Virus record (IMG/VR): IMGVR_UViG_3300037493_000871
Coordinates: 1,571-65,570 of that record
From: a virus
Taxonomy: Duplodnaviria > Caudoviricetes
Reading direction: 5' to 3' (one strand)
DNA: 64,000 nt
Made by a program: the position numbers and the translations under genes
Shown: positions 49,991 to 58,973 of the stretch, piece by piece
How positions within the stretch are numbered: the first letter of the stretch is position 1
How the letters are laid out: every line of letters starts with the position of its first letter
Notes under the pieces: generated by a model
The model's database searches: none
What the model saw: only the letters and a program-made list of their open reading frames with translations
What the model was told of the DNA's origin: nothing

Positions 49991-50450
49991 TCTTTTCTTT
50001 CAACTTGGCTTCGATGTTCTCCCAAAACTTAGCACAGTCAGCATACATTGCAAGTCCGGGCCAGCATTCAAGTGCTTCCTCATCCGTCAGTGCAATCCAT
50101 GTGCGCTCTTTCTTAGGCCATGTCCTTGCCATGTCACCACACAGCGGACAAACAATGTCTTGCATCGTCAAGGATGCCCCTTGCTGCGGCTGTGCCACCA
50201 ACGCATTCAAGCGTTCAATCTCTCGTTCTGCTTTATCAAGTGCATCGCGGTCATGCACATCGCTTCCGCAAACAGGGCACCCGTCTTGCTCATGTGGCTG
50301 TGCTGGCTGTGCAAAGGCGGCTTTACCAACTTCGTCACACACCGTACGATTTAAGTCTTTTAGGCTTTGCATGGTTGCATCTGGCAGGTCATATTGACGA
50401 CTGACGTAGACCATCTTGTCGGGGTCGGTAGGGTGTGGTTTAAGTGGCAT
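49980..50450 (-). CDS. hypothetical protein (LTDEE...IEAKLKEKN family)
   Basis: Two CxxCG; shares C-terminus with neighbours. Confidence 0.7.
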   Translation of the reverse strand: MPLKPHPTDPDKMVYVSRQYDLPDATMQSLKDLNRTVCDEVGKAAFAQPAQPHEQDGCPVCGSDVHDRDALDKAEREIERLNALVAQPQQGASLTMQDIVCPLCGDMARTWPKKERTWIALTDEEALECWPGLAMYADCAKFWENIEAKLKEKNDR

Positions 50451-50763
50451 TGTTCTTCTCCTTTAACTTGGCTTCGACTGCTTTCACAAGATCAGCAGTT
50501 GGGTTCATTGGGTACACCACAAGATCGGCAACATCCTTTGGTGTGAGCCCAACCCAAGGTCGCTGCGGTGGGGATGTGTAAAGCTTTGTTCCAACAGGCA
50601 AGTCTTTAATGTCAGTCTCATAAAAATCAATTTCTTTATGTTGATGTGCGTATTGAACAACCCACGCCACAGGCTCTTGCTGCGGCTGTGCTTGCACCGG
50701 AATACATCCGTGACTTGAGCAATACGCTACGGTTTCGCATTCTTTGCAAATAGTGTGTGTCAT
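50440..50763 (-). CDS. hypothetical protein (QEPVA family)
   Basis: QEPVAW...LYTSPPQR. Confidence 0.7.
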   Translation of the reverse strand: MTHTICKECETVAYCSSHGCIPVQAQPQQEPVAWVVQYAHQHKEIDFYETDIKDLPVGTKLYTSPPQRPWVGLTPKDVADLVVYPMNPTADLVKAVEAKLKEKNNAT

Positions 50764-50766
50764 GTG

Positions 50767-51108
50767 TTACTCCTTAATGCCGTGGGCGGCTTCAATGGCT
50801 CGGGCAAAGTCAAGATCAGACCATGCTTCATTTTTGGACTTCAGTTCTCGCCATACTTCAGTGATCTCATCATCCGTCAGCGGCTTGCGCTGTGGTGGGG
50901 ATGTGTAGAGTGGGTCTTTCCAGTCCATCCCTTTTTCGTAAACAAGGTGCTTTCTCTTCACCTCATCCAAATCCTGAACACACGCCACAGGCTCTTGCTG
51001 CGTAGCAACGGGTGGCGTGGGTGCTTGCATTGAGTATTGACACCTACACCCCTGCATCACGCTTGAGTGGGAACCCGCAATTTTTCCGCACTTTAGGCAT
51101 CGGCTCAT
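50767..51108 (-). CDS. hypothetical protein (QEPVA family)
   Basis: QEPVAC...LYTSPPQRKPLTDDEI...FARAIEAAHGIKE. Confidence 0.7.
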   Translation of the reverse strand: MSRCLKCGKIAGSHSSVMQGCRCQYSMQAPTPPVATQQEPVACVQDLDEVKRKHLVYEKGMDWKDPLYTSPPQRKPLTDDEITEVWRELKSKNEAWSDLDFARAIEAAHGIKE

Positions 51109-51251
51109 GTGTTCTCCTTAATGCCGTGGGCGGCTTCGATGCGACACTTTCCCGGCCCTTTGATGCAGACGTGGTAGTCAATCATGCCCAAGCCACCGGC
51201 AATGAAGCAGAGACTGTGAAAGGCTCCGAACATAAAAGTTATGGTTTTCAT
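51105..51251 (-). CDS. 48-aa hypothetical protein
   Basis: MKTITFMFG...IEAAHGIKENT; ATGA-coupled both sides. Confidence 0.55.
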   Translation of the reverse strand: MKTITFMFGAFHSLCFIAGGLGMIDYHVCIKGPGKCRIEAAHGIKENT

Positions 51252-51523
51252 GTGTTACTCCTAATCGCTTTTGGTATCGCTACCGGAAACATCATGTAGC
51301 CTTCGCGTTCGTACCACTTTGCAATGCGCTCACGCTCTATTGCCACCATCTTTTCACACATCAGCGTCCACGATGCATTGGCTTTTGCGTTGGTTTCAGC
51401 GATAGCGTCTTCACGCACCAGCGCGGCAAAGGCTTCAATCTCTTTGATACCCACCAGTGCGCAAGTTAATAGAGTGCCTGTTGCACATGTGGCTTTTTGC
51501 ATCATTTCTTGTATTGTTTTCAT
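51248..51523 (-). CDS. hypothetical protein
   Basis: Coupled ORF with SD. Confidence 0.65.
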   Translation of the reverse strand: MKTIQEMMQKATCATGTLLTCALVGIKEIEAFAALVREDAIAETNAKANASWTLMCEKMVAIERERIAKWYEREGYMMFPVAIPKAIRSNT

Positions 51524-51726
51524 TTCTTACTCCTCGCCTCGCGGCACAGTTGTTTTATCTCTGCTGAATAATCGGGACTAAACTCGATCAGCGAACAGTC
51601 CATCTTCTTGGCTTCGTGCATCGGTGGGTACATCCAAGCGCATAGGAACAGCACACCGAGGAACATCACCACCATGCACACCACCAAGATGCCATCAATC
51701 AGGCACATCCAAAAAATACTTTTCAT
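51520..51726 (-). CDS. small membrane protein
   Basis: N-terminal hydrophobic helix; DCS..EFSPD. Confidence 0.65.
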   Translation of the reverse strand: MKSIFWMCLIDGILVVCMVVMFLGVLFLCAWMYPPMHEAKKMDCSLIEFSPDYSAEIKQLCREARSKK

Positions 51727-52196
51727 CCCTTCTCTCCTTTAGGCCATCCCAGCTTGCTCAAACCCGCGACCACGTTGGCCAGCGCAGGTAGGTTCTTGGT
51801 GGGCGCTTCGACTGTGGGGAAATACTTCTTGAACTCAGGCAAGCGTGTCTCTAGCATCTTGAGTGTGGTGCAGGCATTGACTGCGTTGTTCAGGTTGTAC
51901 TCGGCGCTGATGCGTGCGTCTTCTTCGTCTTTGAACGGCTTGGTGATTTCCTTGATGGTGTCGTCGGACACATCACCGACGATAAGCTCGCGGTGCCCGT
52001 AGTCATTGATGAAGCTGCCGAAGTACTGTGTGCGCAACGCCAGCGGGGTCTTGTTGTACACCTTGCGCACCTCTGGGCTCATGGCCTTGATGATGGCGGC
52101 TTGTATCGCGTCCTTGCGTTTGATCTTGTCAGGTTTTGGCACATCCTGCATGATGGCGCGAACGATGGCTTGGCGGTCGTATTTAGTAAGTTTCAT
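51723..52196 (-). CDS. hypothetical protein
   Basis: TTLK.L...LPEF.KY.P C-terminal pattern. Confidence 0.7.
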   Translation of the reverse strand: MKLTKYDRQAIVRAIMQDVPKPDKIKRKDAIQAAIIKAMSPEVRKVYNKTPLALRTQYFGSFINDYGHRELIVGDVSDDTIKEITKPFKDEEDARISAEYNLNNAVNACTTLKMLETRLPEFKKYFPTVEAPTKNLPALANVVAGLSKLGWPKGEKG

Positions 52197-52198
52197 GG

Positions 52199-52735
52199 TT
52201 AGGCTCCGAACATTTCTTTGAGCTCGCGGTACAGATCATGGGCTTGATACACGGACAAGTCTTCCAGCATTTTCTCAGGGCTGAAGTCTGACTTGCGAAT
52301 GATGAACTTGGACTTGGCCGGGGCTTCTTCCGTGGGCCGGCGCTGCTGCTCAAGCAAAGTACGCACATCTGGCAAGTTCTTGGCACTGAACGTAGGCTTG
52401 GGCTTGTACTCAATCTTTTTCTTGGTCGGGTCCGGCATTGCAACGTACTCGGGCACAACTGCGTACAGCTGGAACCCATCTCTGCGGGTAAGACCTTTGC
52501 GGCAGAACTGCGAGATCAGGGAGGTGGTAGATGCGACCTTGAATCCCTTGAGTTTTAAGTCTTGGATGACCCCGTTGATGGGCTTGCCCGGATGTTCTTT
52601 GATGTAGTCGAACAAAACACGCGACACATTGTTGGTTACGCGCTTGTCGGTCTTGGTTGGGGTTTGCGTCATAGTAGCCTCTGGCTTATTCCATTCGTTG
52701 AGAAGTTTGGTCATTTCGGTTTTGATGTCAGGCAT
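52199..52735 (-). CDS. winged-HTH-like protein (start uncertain)
   Basis: FDYIKEHPG...TSLISQ..RKGL. Confidence 0.6.
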   Translation of the reverse strand: MPDIKTEMTKLLNEWNKPEATMTQTPTKTDKRVTNNVSRVLFDYIKEHPGKPINGVIQDLKLKGFKVASTTSLISQFCRKGLTRRDGFQLYAVVPEYVAMPDPTKKKIEYKPKPTFSAKNLPDVRTLLEQQRRPTEEAPAKSKFIIRKSDFSPEKMLEDLSVYQAHDLYRELKEMFGA

Positions 52736-52910
52736 GGTCATCTCCAAATAAATCTTGCTGTCTAATATTAGATGGCTCAGGCATGGTGTGAGCCAAGTCC
52801 TCTACCTCGCGGATACGCATTTCAAGGCGCTCGCTTAGGGCTCGGATAAGCCCCGACTGCCCATCGGCATGTCGCAGTAGTTCTTCATCCGTCAGGTGGT
52901 CATACGTCAT
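52728..52910 (-). CDS. small hypothetical protein
   Basis: Y.HLTDEELLR; contains palindrome read as SNIR. Confidence 0.65.
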   Translation of the reverse strand: MTYDHLTDEELLRHADGQSGLIRALSERLEMRIREVEDLAHTMPEPSNIRQQDLFGDDHA

Positions 52911-53221
52911 TGTTTGCTCATTTCTTTAAAGGACTCAAGGTTGTTGTTGGCATCGGTTTCAAACCATACGATGCACTCAGGTGGGGGCTGTTTGATGATG
53001 GACATATGCCCACCGATCTTGGCCATGTTGATGATGCTTACTAACCATTCAGGCCGATTGGATATATGGCCAACCCAAGAAGTCTCGCGCCCCTCCCGCC
53101 AGCAACGCAGGTTGTACTCGTCGCCCCGCTCTTCGTACCGATACTCTCGGTGGTCCTCGGGTAGGTCATCTTGGTAGCCGAAGCTACGCTCCATCGTTCT
53201 AAGCGCGTCTCGTTTATTCAT
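52907..53221 (-). CDS. hypothetical protein
   Basis: Coupled ORF. Confidence 0.6.
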   Translation of the reverse strand: MNKRDALRTMERSFGYQDDLPEDHREYRYEERGDEYNLRCWREGRETSWVGHISNRPEWLVSIINMAKIGGHMSIIKQPPPECIVWFETDANNNLESFKEMSKQ

Positions 53222-54128
53222 CAATTCCCCAATCAAATGCAGACAGAATCTCATCGACCTTCTGCTTGGTTAATACACGGGTGCTGTCTTCTTCTCGCAA
53301 CTCTTTAGGAGTTACCCCAGACAATACATCCTCAAGCTTACGCCTAGCTTTCTCAAGCGCCGGGTCTTTCGTTACGTTCATCACAGTGAGCAGATCACAC
53401 AACTCCAATGCGCCCGTCACCATCGTGTCGTGGAACACACGCTTCTTGATCTTGCCGTCCTCGGTCTCCTCAACAGTCAAGCGATCGCTCAAGCGGGACA
53501 GGGCATCATGCAAGCGAGTCCACGAATCTTGGTTGGCCGCGGCCAGTTGGGCCTCGATGCGCTGCTCGTACTGTGCGATCAGTTCGCGCTGTACTGTGCT
53601 CTCAATGTCAAGTCGGAAGTCGCCCGCCGTAGGCAGTGGTGTGAAGGAAGTCTCCATGCGGAAACGCTTAGCCACAAGGTGCCGGCTAGGGTACTCAGCG
53701 CGATCAAACAACGTACCCAACTGGAATGCAGCAGCCGCTACCAGCGTGTCGTACTTGTCAAGGAACTCACCCACCAGCCGATCAAATTCAATCTTGTGGC
53801 GGCCCATGATCTTCTGGTACTCCAGCAGTGCAGCAGTAGGCAGCAAGCGGGTTCCTTGGTCGCTCCAAGGCAGTGTGAGGCGGTAGTGCTCGGCACGGGC
53901 ACGGGCTTGGAACTTAGTCACTGCGTCCAGCTCTTTGCATTCGGCAAACAGGTTCTTGTACACCGATGCAGCCTTCTTGGAGTTAGACCCCTTGGCCGTT
54001 GTGACCTCGGCTTGTGTGCCCCGGTCTTGCTTGCGCCCCGAGTAGATTGCGATGTTTAGGTCTACCATCATAGCGGCGCGAGCCACACCAGCGATAGGGG
54101 AGGGGTTAGTTGTTGTCATGTAGTTCAT
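53214..54128 (-). CDS. DUF3150-like helical protein
   Basis: L.I.IYSGRK.D...TLPW...G.RLLP...G.LF...EYP pattern; near AAA/VWA genes. Confidence 0.6.
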   Translation of the reverse strand: MNYMTTTNPSPIAGVARAAMMVDLNIAIYSGRKQDRGTQAEVTTAKGSNSKKAASVYKNLFAECKELDAVTKFQARARAEHYRLTLPWSDQGTRLLPTAALLEYQKIMGRHKIEFDRLVGEFLDKYDTLVAAAAFQLGTLFDRAEYPSRHLVAKRFRMETSFTPLPTAGDFRLDIESTVQRELIAQYEQRIEAQLAAANQDSWTRLHDALSRLSDRLTVEETEDGKIKKRVFHDTMVTGALELCDLLTVMNVTKDPALEKARRKLEDVLSGVTPKELREEDSTRVLTKQKVDEILSAFDWGIDE

Positions 54129-54147
54129 GATGTTCTTTCGTCTAATA

Positions 54148-54390
54148 TTAGATTGGTGTATGGGTTGGTTTCTTGTGCATCTCAAGCATGAGTGCCATGA
54201 AATGTGGGGGGAACACATCGTCGTCGATGTATATCTTGTCGGTGTCCGGGGACGGATTAAGGTGGATGATACGTACGAACCAGCCCTCCTTCTTGGCGCG
54301 TCGGGCGTAGGCCACCAGCTTGTCGCCTTCAAACATGTCCCACATGGGGCCGTGTTGCTTGGTCATTGAGAATTTCCATGTGCGGGTCAT
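54148..54390 (-). CDS. hypothetical protein
   Basis: Stop codon lies inside a palindrome copy. Confidence 0.6.
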   Translation of the reverse strand: MTRTWKFSMTKQHGPMWDMFEGDKLVAYARRAKKEGWFVRIIHLNPSPDTDKIYIDDDVFPPHFMALMLEMHKKPTHTPI

Positions 54391-54641
54391 GACTGCTCCG
54401 CCTGTAGTTTCTCAGCCAGCTTGAGGGTGTCGATGTAGTCTTCGTGAACCATGTTCGTGCGAAACCAGTCATGTAGCTGCATGGGCGCAATAAAGGGTTG
54501 GTAGGACGCCGTGGTTGTACTCGTGCTGCCTATGTACCTCTGCTGGAGTAACTCAGCGTCTGCAATGGCGTCAACAATCCGTGCAAGTTGTTCCGATGTG
54601 AGCAGGGCCTTTTGCCCCGAGATTTCAAGTAGGTGTTTCAT
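54387..54641 (-). CDS. hypothetical protein
   Basis: MKHLLEISG; SD GAGG. Confidence 0.6.
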   Translation of the reverse strand: MKHLLEISGQKALLTSEQLARIVDAIADAELLQQRYIGSTSTTTASYQPFIAPMQLHDWFRTNMVHEDYIDTLKLAEKLQAEQS

Positions 54642-55248
54642 GTTCGGTTTCCTCAATTTCAAATGTGATTTCATTGCATTCGCAAGACTCAATAAAAGAT
54701 TCCTCACTCGTGAGGTGCTCATACTCATTTTGCAAATCCCTATACAACTTGTTGCACTTCTCGTCCACGTAGGACTGCATCTCACCCTCAAGGCCAGCGG
54801 CGCTATGCTGCTCGTCAACAAGATCGTTCCATGCGTCCTCGTCAAGCATGCTGAACACTCCCTCAGGGTTGGTGTTACCAATGCAGTTAGCGTCCCAACT
54901 CACACGGCCACTATTCCTTCTGTGGTAGCTGTCACCTACGTCAGCCCTATCGCCATACTCTTTCACTGCCAAGTACAGCGCAGGGTACTCAACGTCATAC
55001 CCTTTGAGCTCCATGAACTCTGCCACTCGGATTTGCCCCTCGAACGCTGCGTAGTCGCTCTGGCAATACCCAAGTGAGAAGGCGATTCGATGTACGTGAA
55101 CACCCTCGGCGTCCATGTCTTCCTTGAAGCCCTCTTCCATGTAGTCCCACCACTCATCGAATGGGCCTTCTTGCGCCCACTTTGAATACTCCTTCTGGAA
55201 CCTTGTTGGGTCGCACTGCTGTAGTTCTTTTACCGTAATGTTTTTCAT
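54625..55248 (-). CDS. acidic hypothetical protein
   Basis: FS...Q.D.A.F, L..EYE.LTS.E..IE....NE..F; D/E-rich. Confidence 0.7.
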   Translation of the reverse strand: MKNITVKELQQCDPTRFQKEYSKWAQEGPFDEWWDYMEEGFKEDMDAEGVHVHRIAFSLGYCQSDYAAFEGQIRVAEFMELKGYDVEYPALYLAVKEYGDRADVGDSYHRRNSGRVSWDANCIGNTNPEGVFSMLDEDAWNDLVDEQHSAAGLEGEMQSYVDEKCNKLYRDLQNEYEHLTSEESFIESCECNEITFEIEETEHETPT

Positions 55249-55471
55249 TTGGTATATCCCTAATGTATTGAGCCGCCCTGATAGCGGCGATTGCTTTTGC
55301 TGCGTCGAACGACTCGACGTGTTGTAGGTATTCAGAGGGCTTATCACCTGCAATGGCAATATGCCACCCCTCGTAATTCCAGATTTGGGCAACGGCAAGC
55401 TCATACTTTTTGTGCATGAGGTACCACTTGTCAAACCCATACTCGGCCCACTCGAAGTCATCGGCGGTCAT
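55154..55471 (-). CDS. hypothetical protein
   Basis: SD AAGGA; C-terminal DAAKAIA helix. Confidence 0.55.
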   Translation of the reverse strand: MTADDFEWAEYGFDKWYLMHKKYELAVAQIWNYEGWHIAIAGDKPSEYLQHVESFDAAKAIAAIRAAQYIRDIPNEKHYGKRTTAVRPNKVPEGVFKVGARRPIR

Positions 55472-55474
55472 AGG

Positions 55475-55792
55475 TCAATTCCTTTGTTGCATTCTTTGCA
55501 GTTCAGTGGCCGCCAATATCCGGCCTACTGCCTTTGCTGCTTTGAGCTTGTTGAAGTAGGAAATCTCGTCCCAATCGTTCTCGACGTCATCCCATACCTC
55601 CAACTTGAACGGCCCGTTGTCTTTGTCAAACGATTCGACGCACGCTATGTAGATGCCTCCATCAGCGAAGCTATCCGTAGGCGGGTCTGCGGGAATCGTA
55701 TTCAAGAACCAGCGATATATCTTCTTCTTGCTTGGTGATACGAACACCAGTGATTCCTCAACGGGGCTCCATCGTTTTCTTAGTTCAGCCAT
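55475..55792 (-). CDS. hypothetical protein
   Basis: SD AAGGAGG just after a palindrome copy. Confidence 0.65.
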   Translation of the reverse strand: MAELRKRWSPVEESLVFVSPSKKKIYRWFLNTIPADPPTDSFADGGIYIACVESFDKDNGPFKLEVWDDVENDWDEISYFNKLKAAKAVGRILAATELQRMQQRN

Positions 55793-55812
55793 GCTGACCT
55801 CCTTGTCTAATA

Positions 55813-56982
55813 TTAGACGTCGATGTGAATTGTTGTGCCGAACGGCGCGGACATACCTGCGGTTGTAACTGCCCACATGGTTGGGATATCCGTGTTACCC
55901 CATGAGCCTACATAGCCATCGGTGAACTGCACGATCGCATCGGGCTTGATATTGTTTTTGCGCAAGTGATCGAACAACACCGAACCATCAGTGCCCCCGC
56001 CGCCCTTGATCTTGAGGTCTTGCACAGCGAACTGGCCGTCCTCGAATACCTGCTCACCCGTTACCTCGGTATCCCAATAGATCACACGGCACTTGCTTGG
56101 CTTGATCTGCTCGATGATGGTCGCAATCTCAGAGACGAACCGAGTCATCTCGTCACCACCAAAGATTGAACCTGACGTGTCAAACCCGATCACCAGCTCC
56201 GTCATAGTTGTGCCTACCATTGAGGGCATATAGACGTCATCAGCAAGGAACCTGCGGTTGGGCTTGCGCCATGAGGATTCGTCACGACCTGCACACGTCT
56301 CAGTAATGAAGTCACGCAGCACCTTACGCCAGTCAACCTTAGGCGCAAGCAAGTCACCGAACACACCGTCCTCACCGCCAGAGCCCTTGCCTTGCATCTT
56401 CTTACGCATGATCTCACCCTGACGGATGGCGCGTTGAATCTCGTTGGCTTGTGCTTGTTCTTGAGCAGGGTCACCATTGGCCTCGTTGCCCTCCCAGTCA
56501 TGCTCGTCCATGCCATCGCCATCGCCCTGACCTTGGCCATCTTTTTGCTGCTGCTTGATGTCGTCAAAGATTTGCTTGACCGACCAGCCACGGTACTTAG
56601 GCTCGGGCTTGATACCCACATCAGGCATCTTGATGAACCCCTCACCATCATCGGTGTCATGCAGCGTACCGTTGACAAAGTAGTCCGCAGCTACGTTGGC
56701 CATCATGGCATTCTCTTCGTGCAGTGCTTTCCATACATTCATGTGACGATAGGCTTTGTGCGTTGCCTCATGCAAGACAAGGAAGCGAAGCTGCTGGTCA
56801 GTCTTCATATGCTCTTCAATGAACTTGGGGTTGTATCGCACGTCCCATCCATCGGTCGCAGCCGTTGGTACTGAGTCATCCACGATCACCTTGCCGCAAG
56901 CAAGCACCCCTGAGTAGGCGCAGAACTTCTTGTGCTGCATGATGGCGATGTGTGCCTTCTTGATTCGATCTTGTACGTTCAT
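55813..56982 (-). CDS. metallopeptidase-VWA protein (DUF2201-like)
   Basis: PTAATDG, HEATH, MIDAS DTSGS, GGGGTD, FTDGY. Confidence 0.88.
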   Translation of the reverse strand: MNVQDRIKKAHIAIMQHKKFCAYSGVLACGKVIVDDSVPTAATDGWDVRYNPKFIEEHMKTDQQLRFLVLHEATHKAYRHMNVWKALHEENAMMANVAADYFVNGTLHDTDDGEGFIKMPDVGIKPEPKYRGWSVKQIFDDIKQQQKDGQGQGDGDGMDEHDWEGNEANGDPAQEQAQANEIQRAIRQGEIMRKKMQGKGSGGEDGVFGDLLAPKVDWRKVLRDFITETCAGRDESSWRKPNRRFLADDVYMPSMVGTTMTELVIGFDTSGSIFGGDEMTRFVSEIATIIEQIKPSKCRVIYWDTEVTGEQVFEDGQFAVQDLKIKGGGGTDGSVLFDHLRKNNIKPDAIVQFTDGYVGSWGNTDIPTMWAVTTAGMSAPFGTTIHIDV

Positions 56983-57008
56983 GGTTTTTCCTTAGGTTGT
57001 ATCTAATA

Positions 57009-57287
57009 TTAGAGGAAGGTGTCGCTGTGGCCGTACTGGGCTCTTGGCTTGGGGTTCACGCGGTAGATCAAAAACGCCTCCGCTGCTGTGCGGTCGATCA
57101 TCTTGCGTATTGCTTTCTTGATGCACCTACGCTCCCACCACGTAAGCTCAATGGGGGCCTCGCGTATCTGTGTATCGTCGGTGTCAATCCGCAGTCTTGA
57201 CTTGATGTGCCGTACCTCGCGGCTGCCGAGCATTTCCCATTCGTCCTCGGCCAGTGCCTGTATCACATGCTTGGCGAAATCTCTCAT
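57009..57287 (-). CDS. hypothetical protein
   Basis: Stop codon inside a palindrome copy. Confidence 0.6.
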   Translation of the reverse strand: MRDFAKHVIQALAEDEWEMLGSREVRHIKSRLRIDTDDTQIREAPIELTWWERRCIKKAIRKMIDRTAAEAFLIYRVNPKPRAQYGHSDTFL

Positions 57288-57454
57288 GATTGTTTCCTTG
57301 CGTAGTTGAGTAGCCCTGTTTGAAGGCGAATTGAACTGTCCGTCATGTAGTTCTTCAGCGGGGGTTGGTACCCCTTGCTGATACGGTTCGGATGCCAGTC
57401 TTTATGCAAGCGCACGATGGTGCGCCCGTTACTTGTTTTCTCTACGATTAGCAT
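57284..57454 (-). CDS. small hypothetical protein
   Basis: MLIVEKT; SD AAGGAG. Confidence 0.55.
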   Translation of the reverse strand: MLIVEKTSNGRTIVRLHKDWHPNRISKGYQPPLKNYMTDSSIRLQTGLLNYARKQS

Positions 57455-57455
57455 G

Positions 57456-57638
57456 TCAGCTCCTTTGGTTAAAAGAAGCCATCCACGCAAACAGCGCGAC
57501 CTTTGCTTCAGCTTTACTCATGTCAAAGCGGGCTTCAAGATAGGGAACAGCTCCCCACATATTGACCTCGCTCGAATCACGCAAGTCAATTAGATAGTCG
57601 TGTATTTCTTGTGTTGTTGGTTTCATTTCATTTCCCAA
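57456..57638 (-). CDS. small hypothetical protein
   Basis: YL..LR.S..NM.GA.PYL...F pattern. Confidence 0.7.
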   Translation of the reverse strand: MGNEMKPTTQEIHDYLIDLRDSSEVNMWGAVPYLEARFDMSKAEAKVALFAWMASFNQRS

Positions 57639-57855
57639 TGTTGATTACGCCCATGATCTTCATGAGCCCAATGATTTCGGCGCGTCTAATATTAGATGCG
57701 ATGGTGGTGCTGTGCTCGTCTAAGTGGGGGGAGTTCAACACGGCGTCTAAATCCCACCGCCAAGGCTTGTACCAAATACGCTGAGGAATGAGCGCGTAGT
57801 ATTGATTGTCGAGGGGCATCATGTACATATCCCCCGATTGAAGTTTCCTTGCCAT
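57628..57855 (-). CDS. small hypothetical protein
   Basis: TAATG coupling to ATPase; contains palindrome read as SNIR. Confidence 0.6.
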   Translation of the reverse strand: MARKLQSGDMYMMPLDNQYYALIPQRIWYKPWRWDLDAVLNSPHLDEHSTTIASNIRRAEIIGLMKIMGVINIGK

Positions 57856-58916
57856 TAGAAGAACTTACCGAGCTTGGCGCAAGCCGCGGTGAACGGGCGA
57901 TGCTGACACGCCATGCTGACCTTGGACTTGTTGGATGCTACGGATGTGACGAACAGTGCATGGGCCTCGAAGGACTCACCACCCATACGATCGGCATACG
58001 CCATGACCTGAGGGATATTGGTTTCGTTGACACGACCGGCCAACATGAACGACATGATGAACATAGCGCCGGCACCCTTGGGCAGCTTAGCTTTCATGGG
58101 GTCTTTGACGATGCTATCGAACGATGGCAGTTGATCTGCCAGATTGACAAGCGCCTCCATGTCTCGGGCTGCCGCCTCGCCTACCGTACCGGACAATGCA
58201 GGGATAAGCGCAGCGCCTAGCACGTCACGCTGAGCGATGATGTTGGATGACTTGGCAAGCGAACGGGGTGAGCAGAACGCACGGGTATTGCCCGTCAGAG
58301 GGTTGAAGATGTAGGGGTTCTTCTCCTTCTTGTCCATGTCCACGTAGCAGTCGAACACCTGCGGATACTGTTTGGCAAAGGCCATCACCTCGGGGGCCAC
58401 GCCGTTGTTGGACGCCCAGTCGAGCCACTCGTCAGACGTAGGGTTCGCCACGTTGACCACAGTCATACGGTTAAACGCATGGGCAGGGATGTTGTCACCC
58501 ACGCCGTCAGTGTCAAGGTTGGTTGTACCGAACACGATCGAACCCGTAGGCAACTCAACGTCACCGATGCGGTGCTCAAGGATGACAGGCAGCAGCATAT
58601 TCAACACAGGGCGCGAGGCCTTGCCCAACTCGTCAAGCATCAGCACGACAGGGCGGTTTTGATTACGACCCACACCGAAGCGCACATTCGGCGCATAAGC
58701 AGTCGTCATAGTTTCTTTGTCGATCACGGGCATACCCAGATCACCAAGGTCAAGGTTAGCCACGTCGATGTAGCACACCTGATAGTCGGGCAGTTCACGC
58801 TTGAGGTCGGCCAAGATGGACGACTTGCCGATGCCGGGCTGACCACGCAGGAGCAGTGTGTTTGTGGAGCCGATGTTACGGATAAGGGTAGATGCTTGGG
58901 AGAGAGTTACGTTCAT
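57855..58916 (-). CDS. MoxR-like AAA+ ATPase
   Basis: GQPGIGKS, LMLDE, TTN, NR arginine finger, SPRS. Confidence 0.9.
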   Translation of the reverse strand: MNVTLSQASTLIRNIGSTNTLLLRGQPGIGKSSILADLKRELPDYQVCYIDVANLDLGDLGMPVIDKETMTTAYAPNVRFGVGRNQNRPVVLMLDELGKASRPVLNMLLPVILEHRIGDVELPTGSIVFGTTNLDTDGVGDNIPAHAFNRMTVVNVANPTSDEWLDWASNNGVAPEVMAFAKQYPQVFDCYVDMDKKEKNPYIFNPLTGNTRAFCSPRSLAKSSNIIAQRDVLGAALIPALSGTVGEAAARDMEALVNLADQLPSFDSIVKDPMKAKLPKGAGAMFIMSFMLAGRVNETNIPQVMAYADRMGGESFEAHALFVTSVASNKSKVSMACQHRPFTAACAKLGKFF

Positions 58917-58973
58917 GGTTTTTCCTAGGGTTGTTGTGTCTAATATTAGACGGGTGAGATTACTTGTTTAGAC

